From positions 13,984 through 77,983 of the forward strand of contig CAYSKJ010000001.1 of assembly GCA_964431655.1 (NCBI GenBank): a stretch of DNA of 64,000 nucleotides, given 5' to 3'. Both the position numbers and the translations under genes were made by a program. The notes under the pieces are model-generated. The model was not told the DNA's origin. It saw only the letters and a program-made list of their open reading frames with translations, and did not search any database. Each line of letters starts with the position of its first letter. The first letter of the stretch is position 1. The DNA comes from an uncultured bacterium (GTDB lineage Bacteria; CAYMEV01). Below are positions 20,060-29,749 of the stretch, piece by piece.

Positions 20060-23000
20060 ATGGATAAAACTAATCTTTTAAAGTATTTTACTGTCAGCAA
20101 AAAGGCAACAGGGCTCGAGTACAAAACCCATCATGTATTTGACAATTTTGCCAAGAGGGATAAAAAACTTACGATTATTTCCCCGGATAATTATAATGAG
20201 TTCAGCATGAACCATTTTGCCAGCCTTTTTAATATATTTTCCTCGGAGGACAGCCATTTCCTTGAGTATTTACTTGAATGGGGAATCCTTGAGGATCAGA
20301 GCCTATATATCCTCAGGGATGCAAGGGATATAAGCATGATACCCGATGAACTCTTTTTGGTCAGGCAGATACCGCTTATTATCCTTGATATACTCATAGG
20401 CCTTTATGCTGTCCACAGAAATAACTTTTATTATGGCGGTGTAAAGAAGGAGGACCTTCTTTATAAGTACAGCAGGAGGCATAACATTGACGGTTTCAGC
20501 TATTACCTCTCCGGCGCCAAGATACTTAAAGCAGAGATTAACTCGGATATTCTCAATCTTCAGAGAGAGGATATAAAATCCCTGGTATTCAGCATAATCT
20601 CTTTTGTCAAAAACAAGGAAAGGGCAAAGCATGCCAGTGTCAACAGCCTTAATATGAACCAGCTGGTTGAGTATTTTATCAAGGACAAGATTATCAGGGA
20701 TATAATACTCGAGATATTCAGGGCTGAGGAAAGCATAACATATTATATAAGACTTCTGGTAAAGAATTTATTCTTTAATAATGAGCCACAGAGAGAATTC
20801 TACAACTCCATTATTCAAAGGCTTCCATGTCCGGACATCCCGCTGGAAAGGCACAGGATATCCCCGGAGGAGATCAAAAAACATAAAGCTGTCGTCATAA
20901 GCGGGGTAACCGGTATTGGAAAGTCTTTTTACATTAAGGATATTCTCAATATCTACAGGAAGATGAAATATGCCCCCTTTGTAATTAATGCTGCCCAGCA
21001 CAGCACAAGCAACTATGATTTTATACGCAATATAACTGACCTTATAAATGTAATGCTCAGGAAAAATGACTCCATGACCCTTGAAAAGCCGGCCAGCTCT
21101 TCAGAAGAGATGAGCTTTGAAGAGAGGATGTACCTTCTTTACAGGTTCGATCAGGCGGTCAGGCCTGTATTTGTGCTGGAGAATGCTGACCATGCAGATG
21201 AAAATACGCTTTTGCTCTTCAGAACCATAATAGAATCAGGTATCTCTGTAATTATAACCAACAATAATGATATAAGCAGTGACGGCTATATAAGGCTGGT
21301 CAAAGGGTTAAAAAAAGAAAGCATATACCCGGTAGTGCTTGATGAATGGAATGCAAATGAAATCTGTTCTTTTCTTGAAAGGGTTTTTTTCAATGAGAAC
21401 AAGAAAAAGATAAGAATTATGTCTGAGATGCTGTTCAAGAAAGGCCTGAAAACGCCGAAAAAGGTACGTGATATGGTAAACTATCTGCACAGCAGGGAAA
21501 AAGGGCTTTTTAACTATGATATAAATGATTTTAAGAACAGCATAGAGATAAATATAGACCTGTTCAGGGATTTTAAGGAAAAGCTTTTCATCAGCCTTAA
21601 TCCGGATGAGTCGCGTCTACTCAGGACCCTCTACCTTTTTCCCTGTGATGTGGAAGGCCTCTGCATGCTTCACTCAATGGAAGAAAAACGTGTAAAGGAT
21701 GTCCTGAACAGCCTGCTTTTAAAAAAGATGATTTTTCTGGATAAGAACAAGTATATGGTGAAAGACAGGGATATTTCCAGCGAGCTTTCTGCAAAGCTCA
21801 GCAGGCACGAACTTCATGATGAGTATCGCAGAATAGGCGCCTTTCTGCTAAAAGGCACCTCTGTGTCGCGAGCTATTCATGCACTCAATACTGCTGATTA
21901 CCTTATAAGGGGGGGGTATTGCCTCGAGGCGGCAAAGCTTATCCTGGACTATTCAGGGGAATCGGACAGGGTGCTGGAGAAGGGAAGGCATATCTGGTAC
22001 TATAACAAGGCCCTTGATATATTCAGGCAGAACAGGATGAAAAAAGAGCAGGTAATAATCCTGGAGAGGCTGTTTGAGATACATTACAGGCGAAGTGATT
22101 ATTCAAAGGCTGAAACAATACTCCATTTTCTGAGCAGGGCAGGGTATGATTCCTTCAAGCTCCACAAGAAATATGCACTTCTCCTCGAATCCACCGGGGA
22201 TTACAAACGAGCCATCGATTATTACAACAGGGCTTTCAGCTCCATAAAAAAAAGCACCGACAGTAACCTAAAGATTGATATATATATAGACATTGCCAGG
22301 CTTCTTCTTAAGACTTACAGGGAAGATTCAGCACGGGACATACTCCAGAAGGCGATTATTACCGAAAAGGAAAGCAATAATATGGACAGGCACAATATCA
22401 TACTGTCCCTGCTTGGGGAGCTTTATTTGCTTGAAGGAGACATTGATTCTTCGCTGAAGGCTTTCATAGAATCAGCTGAATTAAGCGAGAAAATCACGGA
22501 TTACTATACCCTGAGCCATACCCTGTCAGGTATCGGGCTTTTATATTTCAGGAAAAGGTCCTTTGACAAGGCATATGTATATTATAAAAAATCCCTGGAC
22601 CTTGCCATTAGAAATGACAATATTCAGGGTATTTCCCTGGGATACTCCAACCTGGGTAAGATAAACATGGTTTCAGGAAACTTTTCAGGGGCTTATGAGC
22701 AGTATACCAATGCCATGATCCTTCACCAGAAAACGGGTGACAGGAAGCAGTATGTCAATGACAGTTACAGGATATCATATCTGCTGACAGAGAAGGGAGA
22801 GCTGAGCCGGGCATATTATTCCGTCAAAGAGGGTCTGGATATAGCAGAAAAGGTAAAGGACCAGGAACTGAAGGCCATGATGCTCAGCAGTTTCGGCAGG
22901 ATATACCATTGTCTCGGAAGTTACGGTGAATCTGTCAACTATCATTACTATTCAAGAGTGATAGCAAAAAAACAGGGTTTTAAGGAATTCCTGGCCAGAA

Positions 23001-23671
23001 TAAACAATTCCCTGTCAAGCCTAATGTTCGATCTTGGCGATTACGTGAAATCCGGCCAGTTTGCTCAGAAATCGATCATCCTGGAGGAAGAACTCCGGAC
23101 AAATGAGTTTATTCCCCTGAATAATGCCCTCATAACTGCATCCCGGATATTTCTCGGGGATGCTGATGACCCTCTTGCCATGATCAGGGAATTGAAGAAT
23201 GAGGAGAATCTTCCGGATGATTTTTACCGGTTCAGGTATTATAAAACAGTATATGATGCGGGAAGATACCTCGGAGTGCGCGACCTGATGATATATTGTC
23301 TGCAGATGATAAAAGACCTTAACCTGGGTGCTTACAGCGTCTGGTATGACCTTGTGCAGGCCCTCTGCCATCAGTGGCTTTTTAATGATATGCCCGAGGA
23401 GGCAATCCTGAAACATTTAGAGACAGCTAATCAGATGGATTTCAGCGAGCTCCAGTGGGTGTGGGAATATGTCCTGGCCAATCATCTCTATTCAGCCGGT
23501 AAGCAGCAGGAATCCTATAATCACTACCTCGGGGCATATGAAAAGATAAAGGACAGGCTTTACAGCATATCAGAAATTTACAGGAATGCATATATTTCCA
23601 GCCCGTTCCGCCGTTTTGCCTATGAAAAGGGCGAGAAGGTTTTTCAGAAATTCAGCAGTTTATATTACTGA
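20060..23671 (+). CDS. STAND-type P-loop NTPase with C-terminal TPR array and uncharacterised ~270-aa N-terminal domain
   Basis: Walker A AVVISGVTGIGKSF near residue 280; Walker B-like VFVLENADHADE; ~600 aa of TPR-like repeats C-terminal; N-terminal domain contains AVHRNNFYYGGVKKEDLLY and IDGFSYY, faintly kinase catalytic-loop/DFG-like; no HTH found. Confidence 0.7.
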   Translation: MDKTNLLKYFTVSKKATGLEYKTHHVFDNFAKRDKKLTIISPDNYNEFSMNHFASLFNIFSSEDSHFLEYLLEWGILEDQSLYILRDARDISMIPDELFLVRQIPLIILDILIGLYAVHRNNFYYGGVKKEDLLYKYSRRHNIDGFSYYLSGAKILKAEINSDILNLQREDIKSLVFSIISFVKNKERAKHASVNSLNMNQLVEYFIKDKIIRDIILEIFRAEESITYYIRLLVKNLFFNNEPQREFYNSIIQRLPCPDIPLERHRISPEEIKKHKAVVISGVTGIGKSFYIKDILNIYRKMKYAPFVINAAQHSTSNYDFIRNITDLINVMLRKNDSMTLEKPASSSEEMSFEERMYLLYRFDQAVRPVFVLENADHADENTLLLFRTIIESGISVIITNNNDISSDGYIRLVKGLKKESIYPVVLDEWNANEICSFLERVFFNENKKKIRIMSEMLFKKGLKTPKKVRDMVNYLHSREKGLFNYDINDFKNSIEINIDLFRDFKEKLFISLNPDESRLLRTLYLFPCDVEGLCMLHSMEEKRVKDVLNSLLLKKMIFLDKNKYMVKDRDISSELSAKLSRHELHDEYRRIGAFLLKGTSVSRAIHALNTADYLIRGGYCLEAAKLILDYSGESDRVLEKGRHIWYYNKALDIFRQNRMKKEQVIILERLFEIHYRRSDYSKAETILHFLSRAGYDSFKLHKKYALLLESTGDYKRAIDYYNRAFSSIKKSTDSNLKIDIYIDIARLLLKTYREDSARDILQKAIITEKESNNMDRHNIILSLLGELYLLEGDIDSSLKAFIESAELSEKITDYYTLSHTLSGIGLLYFRKRSFDKAYVYYKKSLDLAIRNDNIQGISLGYSNLGKINMVSGNFSGAYEQYTNAMILHQKTGDRKQYVNDSYRISYLLTEKGELSRAYYSVKEGLDIAEKVKDQELKAMMLSSFGRIYHCLGSYGESVNYHYYSRVIAKKQGFKEFLARINNSLSSLMFDLGDYVKSGQFAQKSIILEEELRTNEFIPLNNALITASRIFLGDADDPLAMIRELKNEENLPDDFYRFRYYKTVYDAGRYLGVRDLMIYCLQMIKDLNLGAYSVWYDLVQALCHQWLFNDMPEEAILKHLETANQMDFSELQWVWEYVLANHLYSAGKQQESYNHYLGAYEKIKDRLYSISEIYRNAYISSPFRRFAYEKGEKVFQKFSSLYY

Positions 23672-24018
23672 CCGTTGTCTATACCTTCGAAGTGCTCAAT
23701 CTCTGCTCTTTTGCCGTATACAATAAGGGCAATGACATCAAATCGTATTTTTGAGAATCTCTTTTTCCCTGAATTCAGATAATGGACAGCTGTCTTATGC
23801 ATACGGTCAATTTTGTCCGGGTTGACCCTTTCTTCCGGGTAACCGTAAAAGGGACTGCCTGATGTCTTGACCTCAACAAATACAATAGCATCACCCTTGC
23901 ATGCTATAATATCAATTTCCCCGCAGAATGCGCGGTAATTTCTCTCCAGTATGGAATAACCCTTGTCCCGGAGGTACTTTACAGCCATGTCCTCGCCTTT
24001 GGTGCCTAAATGGGTCAC
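23665..24018 (-). CDS. yraN: YraN family (UPF0102) endonuclease-like protein
   Basis: 117 aa; conserved FCGEIDIIA...VFVEVK core of the YraN/UPF0102 family; overlaps rplS stop by 4 nt. Confidence 0.85.
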   Translation of the reverse strand: MTHLGTKGEDMAVKYLRDKGYSILERNYRAFCGEIDIIACKGDAIVFVEVKTSGSPFYGYPEERVNPDKIDRMHKTAVHYLNSGKKRFSKIRFDVIALIVYGKRAEIEHFEGIDNGQ

Positions 24019-24362
24019 CTGAAGCGCTTTTCTTTAATCCTGGCAGCCTTTCCGGTTCTTTCTCTAAGGTAGTAAAGTTTGGCTCTTCTGACCTTGCCAA
24101 GCCTCTTGACCTCAATCCTGGAGAGCAGGGGCGAATGGTAGGGGAAGGTTTTTTCAACACCTACGCCATAGGATGTTTTTCTCAGGGTAAAATTGGTCCT
24201 GTGCATCCCTTTCTTTATTTTAAGTACAACACCCTCGAAGGGCTGTTCCCTTGTCTTTTCGCCTTCCTTTATTGTGAAGTATACTCTTACGGTATCCCCG
24301 ATATGAAAGGGAATAGGCTCTTCTTTCAGATGCCTTCTCTCAATCTTTTCCAAAAGGTTCAT
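24015..24362 (-). CDS. rplS: 50S ribosomal protein L19
   Basis: Characteristic L19 sequence (FHIGDTVRVYFTIKEGEKTREQPFEGVVLKIKKG...RTFPYHSP). Confidence 0.95.
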   Translation of the reverse strand: MNLLEKIERRHLKEEPIPFHIGDTVRVYFTIKEGEKTREQPFEGVVLKIKKGMHRTNFTLRKTSYGVGVEKTFPYHSPLLSRIEVKRLGKVRRAKLYYLRERTGKAARIKEKRFR

Positions 24363-24480
24363 TAAAAATCCTCCTTAGCCTCTGTCACAACCTGGATTAT
24401 TGGTTTCAGCAGGTTGACATGCTTTGTTTTAAAAAATAAGAACTTACCTATAACCTCATATTATTAATTAATCAAGAAAA

Positions 24481-25974
24481 TTATTTCTTAAAAATACCGA
24501 AGCCCTTTTTATCCTTTTCCGACATTTTGGATGTGAAATCCTCTATTGTATGCTTTAATTTAGAGATTTCCTGGTCCTTTTCCTTCTGCATCCTGACGGA
24601 TTTTTCATAAAGGGCTGAACTCTTCTGGTTTGCTTTCTGAAGTTCATTTCTTAGCTCAAGAAGCTCTCTTTCCAGTTCCTTTATTATACTGTCCTTTTCC
24701 TGGATTGCAGAGTCTTTGTCAGTCAGGTCCTTATTGTATTTATCCAGCTGTTCCTGGAAATCCTTCTCCATCTCCATAAGCTTCATGATTTTTGAAAAAT
24801 CTGCTTTGCTCAATTCCGGTTTACCCCCTTTGTGTTCATAGTCATCAGGTTCTTTGAATTTATCGGCAAACAGCTTTGTAAGGTTAAGCTCCAGCTCAGA
24901 AGCATTGGCACTGCACCTTAAAGCCTCTTCTTTCGTAATAACATTATTCAGAATCAAGGCCATGAGGGACTGGTTCATGGACTGCATCCTGGTGTGAACG
25001 ACACTTGATTCTATCTCGTCTATCAATTCACTGGTATTGCCTGTAAGTATCAGTTTTTTGGCATTAGGCGATGCTATGAGAATCTCCACACCCGCCACCA
25101 TTCCGTCAACATTCTTTTTTTTCACCAGCTGTTGCGAAAGAACAGCAAGGAGAACATGTGAAAGCTGAAGCTTTATCTGCTGCTGCTGAGATGAGGGGAA
25201 CATGTCTATAATCCTGTCTATGGTCTGGGATGCGTCATTGGTATGAAGGGTGGAAAGAACCAGATGTCCTGTTTCTGCAGCCGTGAGTACAGTCTCCATG
25301 GTTTCCTGGTCCCTCATTTCGCCGACCATTATTACATCAGGGTCCTGCCTTAATACATTTCTAAGGGCCTCGGCAAAGTTGGGAGTATCGAAACCTACCT
25401 CCCTCTGGCTTATACAGGCCAGATTATCACGGAACAGGAATTCTATCGGGTCTTCAATAGTAACGATATGTACATTTCTTGTATTGTTTATCTCCTTGAT
25501 CATTGCCGCCAGGGTTGTTGATTTACCGCTGCCGGTGGGACCTGTAACCAGTATAAGGCCCTGTTTCCTTGAGACAAGGTCCAGGAGCTGTTCGGGCAGG
25601 TCAAGATCCTTTATGGACAGGATTTCATGGGGTATATTCCTGAACACTATCCCGAAAGAGCTCCTCTGCTGGAATATATGGGTCCTGAACCTGGCCAGGC
25701 CGGGTACGGAATACCCGACATCAATTGCCTTTTTTTCCCTGAATTTTTCTCTGCTGTCCCTTGGAAGAATGCAAAGGGCAATGGATTTTATATCATCCGG
25801 CTTGAGTACTGGAAAATCCAGGGGTATGAGCCTGCCGTCCAGCCTGATCATCGGCGGCCTCATGACTTTCAGATGTAAATCCGATGCCTTCCGGCTGACA
25901 AGCTCCTTGAGAAAATTATTCAGCATGGAGGTACTGTAAGCCCTCTGATCCTGTATGGTCTTTTCAATTGTCAA
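24481..25974 (-). CDS. pilT: Type IV pilus retraction ATPase PilT family with ~140-aa C-terminal coiled-coil extension
   Basis: Walker A LILVTGPTGSGKSTT; Asp box and His box of PilT/PilU secretion ATPases; C-terminal Lys/Glu-rich coiled coil not present in canonical ~345-aa PilT. Confidence 0.85.
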   Translation of the reverse strand: MTIEKTIQDQRAYSTSMLNNFLKELVSRKASDLHLKVMRPPMIRLDGRLIPLDFPVLKPDDIKSIALCILPRDSREKFREKKAIDVGYSVPGLARFRTHIFQQRSSFGIVFRNIPHEILSIKDLDLPEQLLDLVSRKQGLILVTGPTGSGKSTTLAAMIKEINNTRNVHIVTIEDPIEFLFRDNLACISQREVGFDTPNFAEALRNVLRQDPDVIMVGEMRDQETMETVLTAAETGHLVLSTLHTNDASQTIDRIIDMFPSSQQQQIKLQLSHVLLAVLSQQLVKKKNVDGMVAGVEILIASPNAKKLILTGNTSELIDEIESSVVHTRMQSMNQSLMALILNNVITKEEALRCSANASELELNLTKLFADKFKEPDDYEHKGGKPELSKADFSKIMKLMEMEKDFQEQLDKYNKDLTDKDSAIQEKDSIIKELERELLELRNELQKANQKSSALYEKSVRMQKEKDQEISKLKHTIEDFTSKMSEKDKKGFGIFKK

Positions 25975-26075
25975 GGTCCTGCTCCTTTATCATTGGATAC
26001 AGCTTTATTACAAAAATTACTGTTATCTGATAATATTACTTCCATGAAGCAATTAGTCAAAAATAATCTTGTGAA

Positions 26076-26093
26076 TGTCAATATAAATTGACA
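26076..26093. promoter_or_regulatory. 18-bp perfect palindrome TGTCAATATAAATTGACA in the pilT/murB divergent intergenic region (candidate operator)
   Basis: 7-bp inverted arms TGTCAAT/ATTGACA around ATAA read directly from the sequence; contains a TTGACA -35-like hexamer. Confidence 0.3.
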
Positions 26094-26160
26094 TATCCCA
26101 TGTTTTTACTATCCTTTTTATGTTTCATGACTGTTCCAGGATGGGAGAGGCCTTCTGAAG

Positions 26161-27030
26161 ATTATTAAAAATGCGGAACTGAAAGAATACACAACCTATA
26201 GAATCGGCGGTACTGCCTGCAAGATGCTGTTTCCTGAGAGCAGGGAGGATATTGGAAATATTGCATGCCATATAGGCAGTAATCCCTATTTTATAATGTC
26301 CAGCGGTTCAAATATGCTCTTTAACGATATACCCTTTGACGGAATGATTGTAAATATGTCAAGGTTCTGCAGTATAAAGCATCAGGAGGGTTCTCTGACT
26401 GTTTCATCCGGAACCAGAAACAGCGATATAATTAAATTTGCAAAGGAAAAAGGTGTTTCAAACCTTGTTTTTCTTGCCGGTATCCCGGGCAGGACAGGGG
26501 GTGCTTTATATATGAATGCCGGTGCTTACGGGCATTGTATATCGGATTTAATCAGCAGTATTGAGCTGTTTGATATGAAAGAAAAAAAATTTATAAATAT
26601 AAATAGAAAATCCATGGATTATTTTTACCGGGGCCAGGGTTTTATTAAACCATGGCATATAATAGTATCGGGCGTTTTTCAAATACAGTGCGGAGATCCG
26701 GAAAGAACAAAAAAAGATATAGAATCAATAATTAACAGCAGGAGTTCAAAACATCCCCCGGAACCTTCCGCCGGCTCAGTTTTCAAGAATCCTCCGGGCC
26801 ACACAGCAGGAAGGCTCCTGGAGGAGTTGGGGCTGAAGGGTAAAACCCGGGGCGGTGCCCGGATATCGGATAAGCACGCAAATTTTATCGTAAACATGGG
26901 AAATGCCCGATTTGCTGATGTAATGTACCTGATAAGGGACGCCAAAGCTAAAACCCTTGAAAAATACGATATTCAACTGGAAACAGAGATCCGGATCATT
27001 GAGTCCCTGGAGGATTTCTACAGGCTATGA
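26161..27030 (+). CDS. murB: UDP-N-acetylenolpyruvoylglucosamine reductase; proposed ATT start at 26161, first ATG is 26224
   Basis: Conserved MurB N-terminus LKEYTTYRIGGTA lies upstream of the first ATG with no ATG/GTG/TTG in frame back to the stop at 26128; strong SD GGGAGAGG (26143-26150) sits 10 nt before ATT 26161; downstream motifs SSGSNMLF and FKNP fit MurB. Confidence 0.7.
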   Translation: MIKNAELKEYTTYRIGGTACKMLFPESREDIGNIACHIGSNPYFIMSSGSNMLFNDIPFDGMIVNMSRFCSIKHQEGSLTVSSGTRNSDIIKFAKEKGVSNLVFLAGIPGRTGGALYMNAGAYGHCISDLISSIELFDMKEKKFININRKSMDYFYRGQGFIKPWHIIVSGVFQIQCGDPERTKKDIESIINSRSSKHPPEPSAGSVFKNPPGHTAGRLLEELGLKGKTRGGARISDKHANFIVNMGNARFADVMYLIRDAKAKTLEKYDIQLETEIRIIESLEDFYRL

Positions 27031-28418
27031 AGGTTCTTTTCATTCAGAGGCTTTTTTTTGAATACACAGGGGTATCCTACCTGTCGGCATCCCTGAAAAA
27101 AAACGGTTTTTCCACGGACCTAATCATTGAAAAGAGCATAAATAAGATAAAGAACTATATATCTGCTTCAAGGCCTGATGTCGTTGCCATGTCCATAATA
27201 AGCGGCTATGAAGGGTTTTATGGAAACACTGCCAAAGCCATAAGGGAGATTTCCAGGGATATTGTCCTGGTAGCAGGGGGTCCCCATATTACTTTTTTCC
27301 CCGGTTTTCTAAAAAATTCAGAATTCAATTTCGGTATGATGGGCGAGGTTGATACCCTTCTGCCCGTTGCCCTTCAAAACATGGAATCCCTGGAAAAGGT
27401 TCCCAATGTTGTCATAGACGGCCAGGCAGTCTCCTGCATTGACAGCCTTGAGGAGGACCTTGATACCCTGCCATTTCCTGACAGGGACCTGTACCTTAAG
27501 AAATACCCCCTTCTGGGCAATATCCCCAACAAGCACTTCGTGACAGGAAGGGGATGCCCCTATGAATGCTCTTTCTGCTTCAATGTATCATTAAAAAATA
27601 TTTACAGAGGGAAGGGGAGTTTTGTCAGAAGACTTTCCCCGGAAAGGGTCATAAGCGAGATTGAATATATCAGGAAGCACTACCCGTTAAAGGCCGTCCG
27701 GTTTGATGATGATGTATTTACCCTGGACAGCAGATGGCTCTGTGAATTCCTGCCCCTGTACAAAGAAAGGATTAACCTGCCTTACAGCTGTCTTATAAGG
27801 GCCAATAATTTTTCCGATGATACAGGAAGACTGCTGAAGGACACCAGCTGTCATTTCGTTCAGTTCGGAATAGAATCAGCCAATGACAGGCTCAGGAAGG
27901 AGGTGCTGAACAAGAAAATTGAGAAAAAACATATTATTGATGCATCCCTTATCCTCAAGAAATACCGGATCAAATTCGGCACCTTTAATATGCTTAATAT
28001 ACCAACGGAGACCTTCGACCAGGGCTTTGAAACCATTGAATTAAACCGTTTTATACATACATCCCTTCCCTGGTGTTCAGTAATACAGCCCTATCCCGGA
28101 ACAGGGCTTGCTGAATATGCCAGGAGCATAGGGCTCCTTGATGACAAAGGCCTTGAAGGGATACAAGGCAGTTATTTCAACAGGGGGCTATTATGGAACA
28201 GGGATTCAAAAAGGCTTATCAGGATGCAGAAGCTTTTCTTTTTCCTGTGCAAAATAAAGCTAAGCCGCAGGATCACCCGTTTTTTAGTGTCCCTTCCCCT
28301 TTCTTTTGTTTACAATGCGGTATTCTTTGCAACCTTCGGGTACCGCTATCTAAAGACGTACAGGATCGGCTTAAAATACCTTATTATTCTGGGCATTAAA
28401 ACCAGGGGCGACTTCTAG
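27027..28418 (+). CDS. B12-binding domain radical SAM protein
   Basis: N-terminal cobalamin-binding Rossmann region then CPYECSFC (CxxxCxxC) radical SAM cluster motif; start overlaps murB stop by 4 nt. Confidence 0.85.
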   Translation: MKVLFIQRLFFEYTGVSYLSASLKKNGFSTDLIIEKSINKIKNYISASRPDVVAMSIISGYEGFYGNTAKAIREISRDIVLVAGGPHITFFPGFLKNSEFNFGMMGEVDTLLPVALQNMESLEKVPNVVIDGQAVSCIDSLEEDLDTLPFPDRDLYLKKYPLLGNIPNKHFVTGRGCPYECSFCFNVSLKNIYRGKGSFVRRLSPERVISEIEYIRKHYPLKAVRFDDDVFTLDSRWLCEFLPLYKERINLPYSCLIRANNFSDDTGRLLKDTSCHFVQFGIESANDRLRKEVLNKKIEKKHIIDASLILKKYRIKFGTFNMLNIPTETFDQGFETIELNRFIHTSLPWCSVIQPYPGTGLAEYARSIGLLDDKGLEGIQGSYFNRGLLWNRDSKRLIRMQKLFFFLCKIKLSRRITRFLVSLPLSFVYNAVFFATFGYRYLKTYRIGLKYLIILGIKTRGDF

Positions 28419-29749
28419 GTTTTAAGGGTCCTGTCCTCTTCACGGAACCTGGAATAGAGGTTCAGGGCGCTTTCAATGCTGTTGTCCATATTGTTATAGA
28501 AAAAAGCCCCTGTCCTTCCCGCAAGATACAGGTTTTCAAACTTTTCTGCATCTTCCTTTAGAAGCCTTAACTGTTTCCTGTAATCTATGTGGTAAATGGG
28601 GTAGGCATCCCTGATTCTCTCAATTCTTATATCCTTTATACGGTTCCTTTGCACCAGGTTTATTCTTGAAAGGTCGTCAATTACCCTTTGAATATATTTT
28701 TCAGGATTTTCCCAGAGATCCTGATCCTTTACCGTTACTTCCACACAAAGGCCGTATCTGTCTTTTCTGAAAAGGTAGGGTGAAAAGTTATGGGGAAAGG
28801 ATATCCTGGTAAAGACAAGTTCCTTTTCACCGTAATAAACCCATTGGTCCTGGACATTAATGTCGGTGTCAACTATAATATTGAAGAGGACTATATCCAG
28901 GTAGGGAAGGTATCTTCCGGGCATCCCTAAAAGAGAGCAGAGGTCCTTTATATTCCCGGTCCACACAAGCCTGTCCGCTGTGAAAGTATCTTCTCCTGCC
29001 CTGATTTCTGTTATCCTGTTTCCCTGGAGCTTAACCCTGTCTATTGTCCTGCCGGTAAGCACCTTTGCCCCCCCCTGCTCAATCATACTGCATATCTTAT
29101 TGCAGTAGACATAACATCCCTTCCTGGGATAGATGAAAAGGGTATTGACTGCAGGCCTTGGAAGGAGTGAGACCTTGATGGTGTCCAGCAGGCTTCCCAC
29201 CTGCAGGCGTTTATCTATAATAGCCCTTTCTACCCCGGTCATTGCCCAGTCGTAGTGGAGCTGGGACGGTTCTATCCTGCAGAATTTCCTGGAATAATCT
29301 CTGAAGAATATGGAATAAAGGGTTTTTCCGTACTTGCTTATGACATATTCCTCAAAGCTTTTCATCTGCGGCGTGAACCTGGGCTTTGTAAAGAGGTCCA
29401 GAAAGGATTTTACGAGGAATCCCTTGGGAAGCTTAATTACCGTATTGAGCCTTATGGGCCAGGGATGCCTGAGACCGTAGAGATGGACGGAACTTTTCCT
29501 CTGGATGTATATCAGGTCGTCTTTTAGGACCTCAAGGATGATATCATTTATTTTTTGATTATCGGTATGAAACCGGTGCGGCCCGACATCAAAGGTCCCA
29601 TCCTGGTAGGTAAAGCTTCTTGCAAGACCTCCGGGGACATCATTCTTTTCAACTATGAGAACCCGGAAGCCTTTTTTAATAAGGAGATAGGCCAGGGTCA
29701 GACCGGTAACCCCCGCTCCTGCAATGATAACATCATATTTATTCTTCAT
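28415..29749 (-). CDS. FAD-dependent oxidoreductase (amine oxidase / phytoene desaturase-like fold)
   Basis: N-terminal dinucleotide-binding motif DVIIAGAGVTGLTLAYLL...VLIVEKNDVPGG. Confidence 0.7.
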   Translation of the reverse strand: MKNKYDVIIAGAGVTGLTLAYLLIKKGFRVLIVEKNDVPGGLARSFTYQDGTFDVGPHRFHTDNQKINDIILEVLKDDLIYIQRKSSVHLYGLRHPWPIRLNTVIKLPKGFLVKSFLDLFTKPRFTPQMKSFEEYVISKYGKTLYSIFFRDYSRKFCRIEPSQLHYDWAMTGVERAIIDKRLQVGSLLDTIKVSLLPRPAVNTLFIYPRKGCYVYCNKICSMIEQGGAKVLTGRTIDRVKLQGNRITEIRAGEDTFTADRLVWTGNIKDLCSLLGMPGRYLPYLDIVLFNIIVDTDINVQDQWVYYGEKELVFTRISFPHNFSPYLFRKDRYGLCVEVTVKDQDLWENPEKYIQRVIDDLSRINLVQRNRIKDIRIERIRDAYPIYHIDYRKQLRLLKEDAEKFENLYLAGRTGAFFYNNMDNSIESALNLYSRFREEDRTLKT

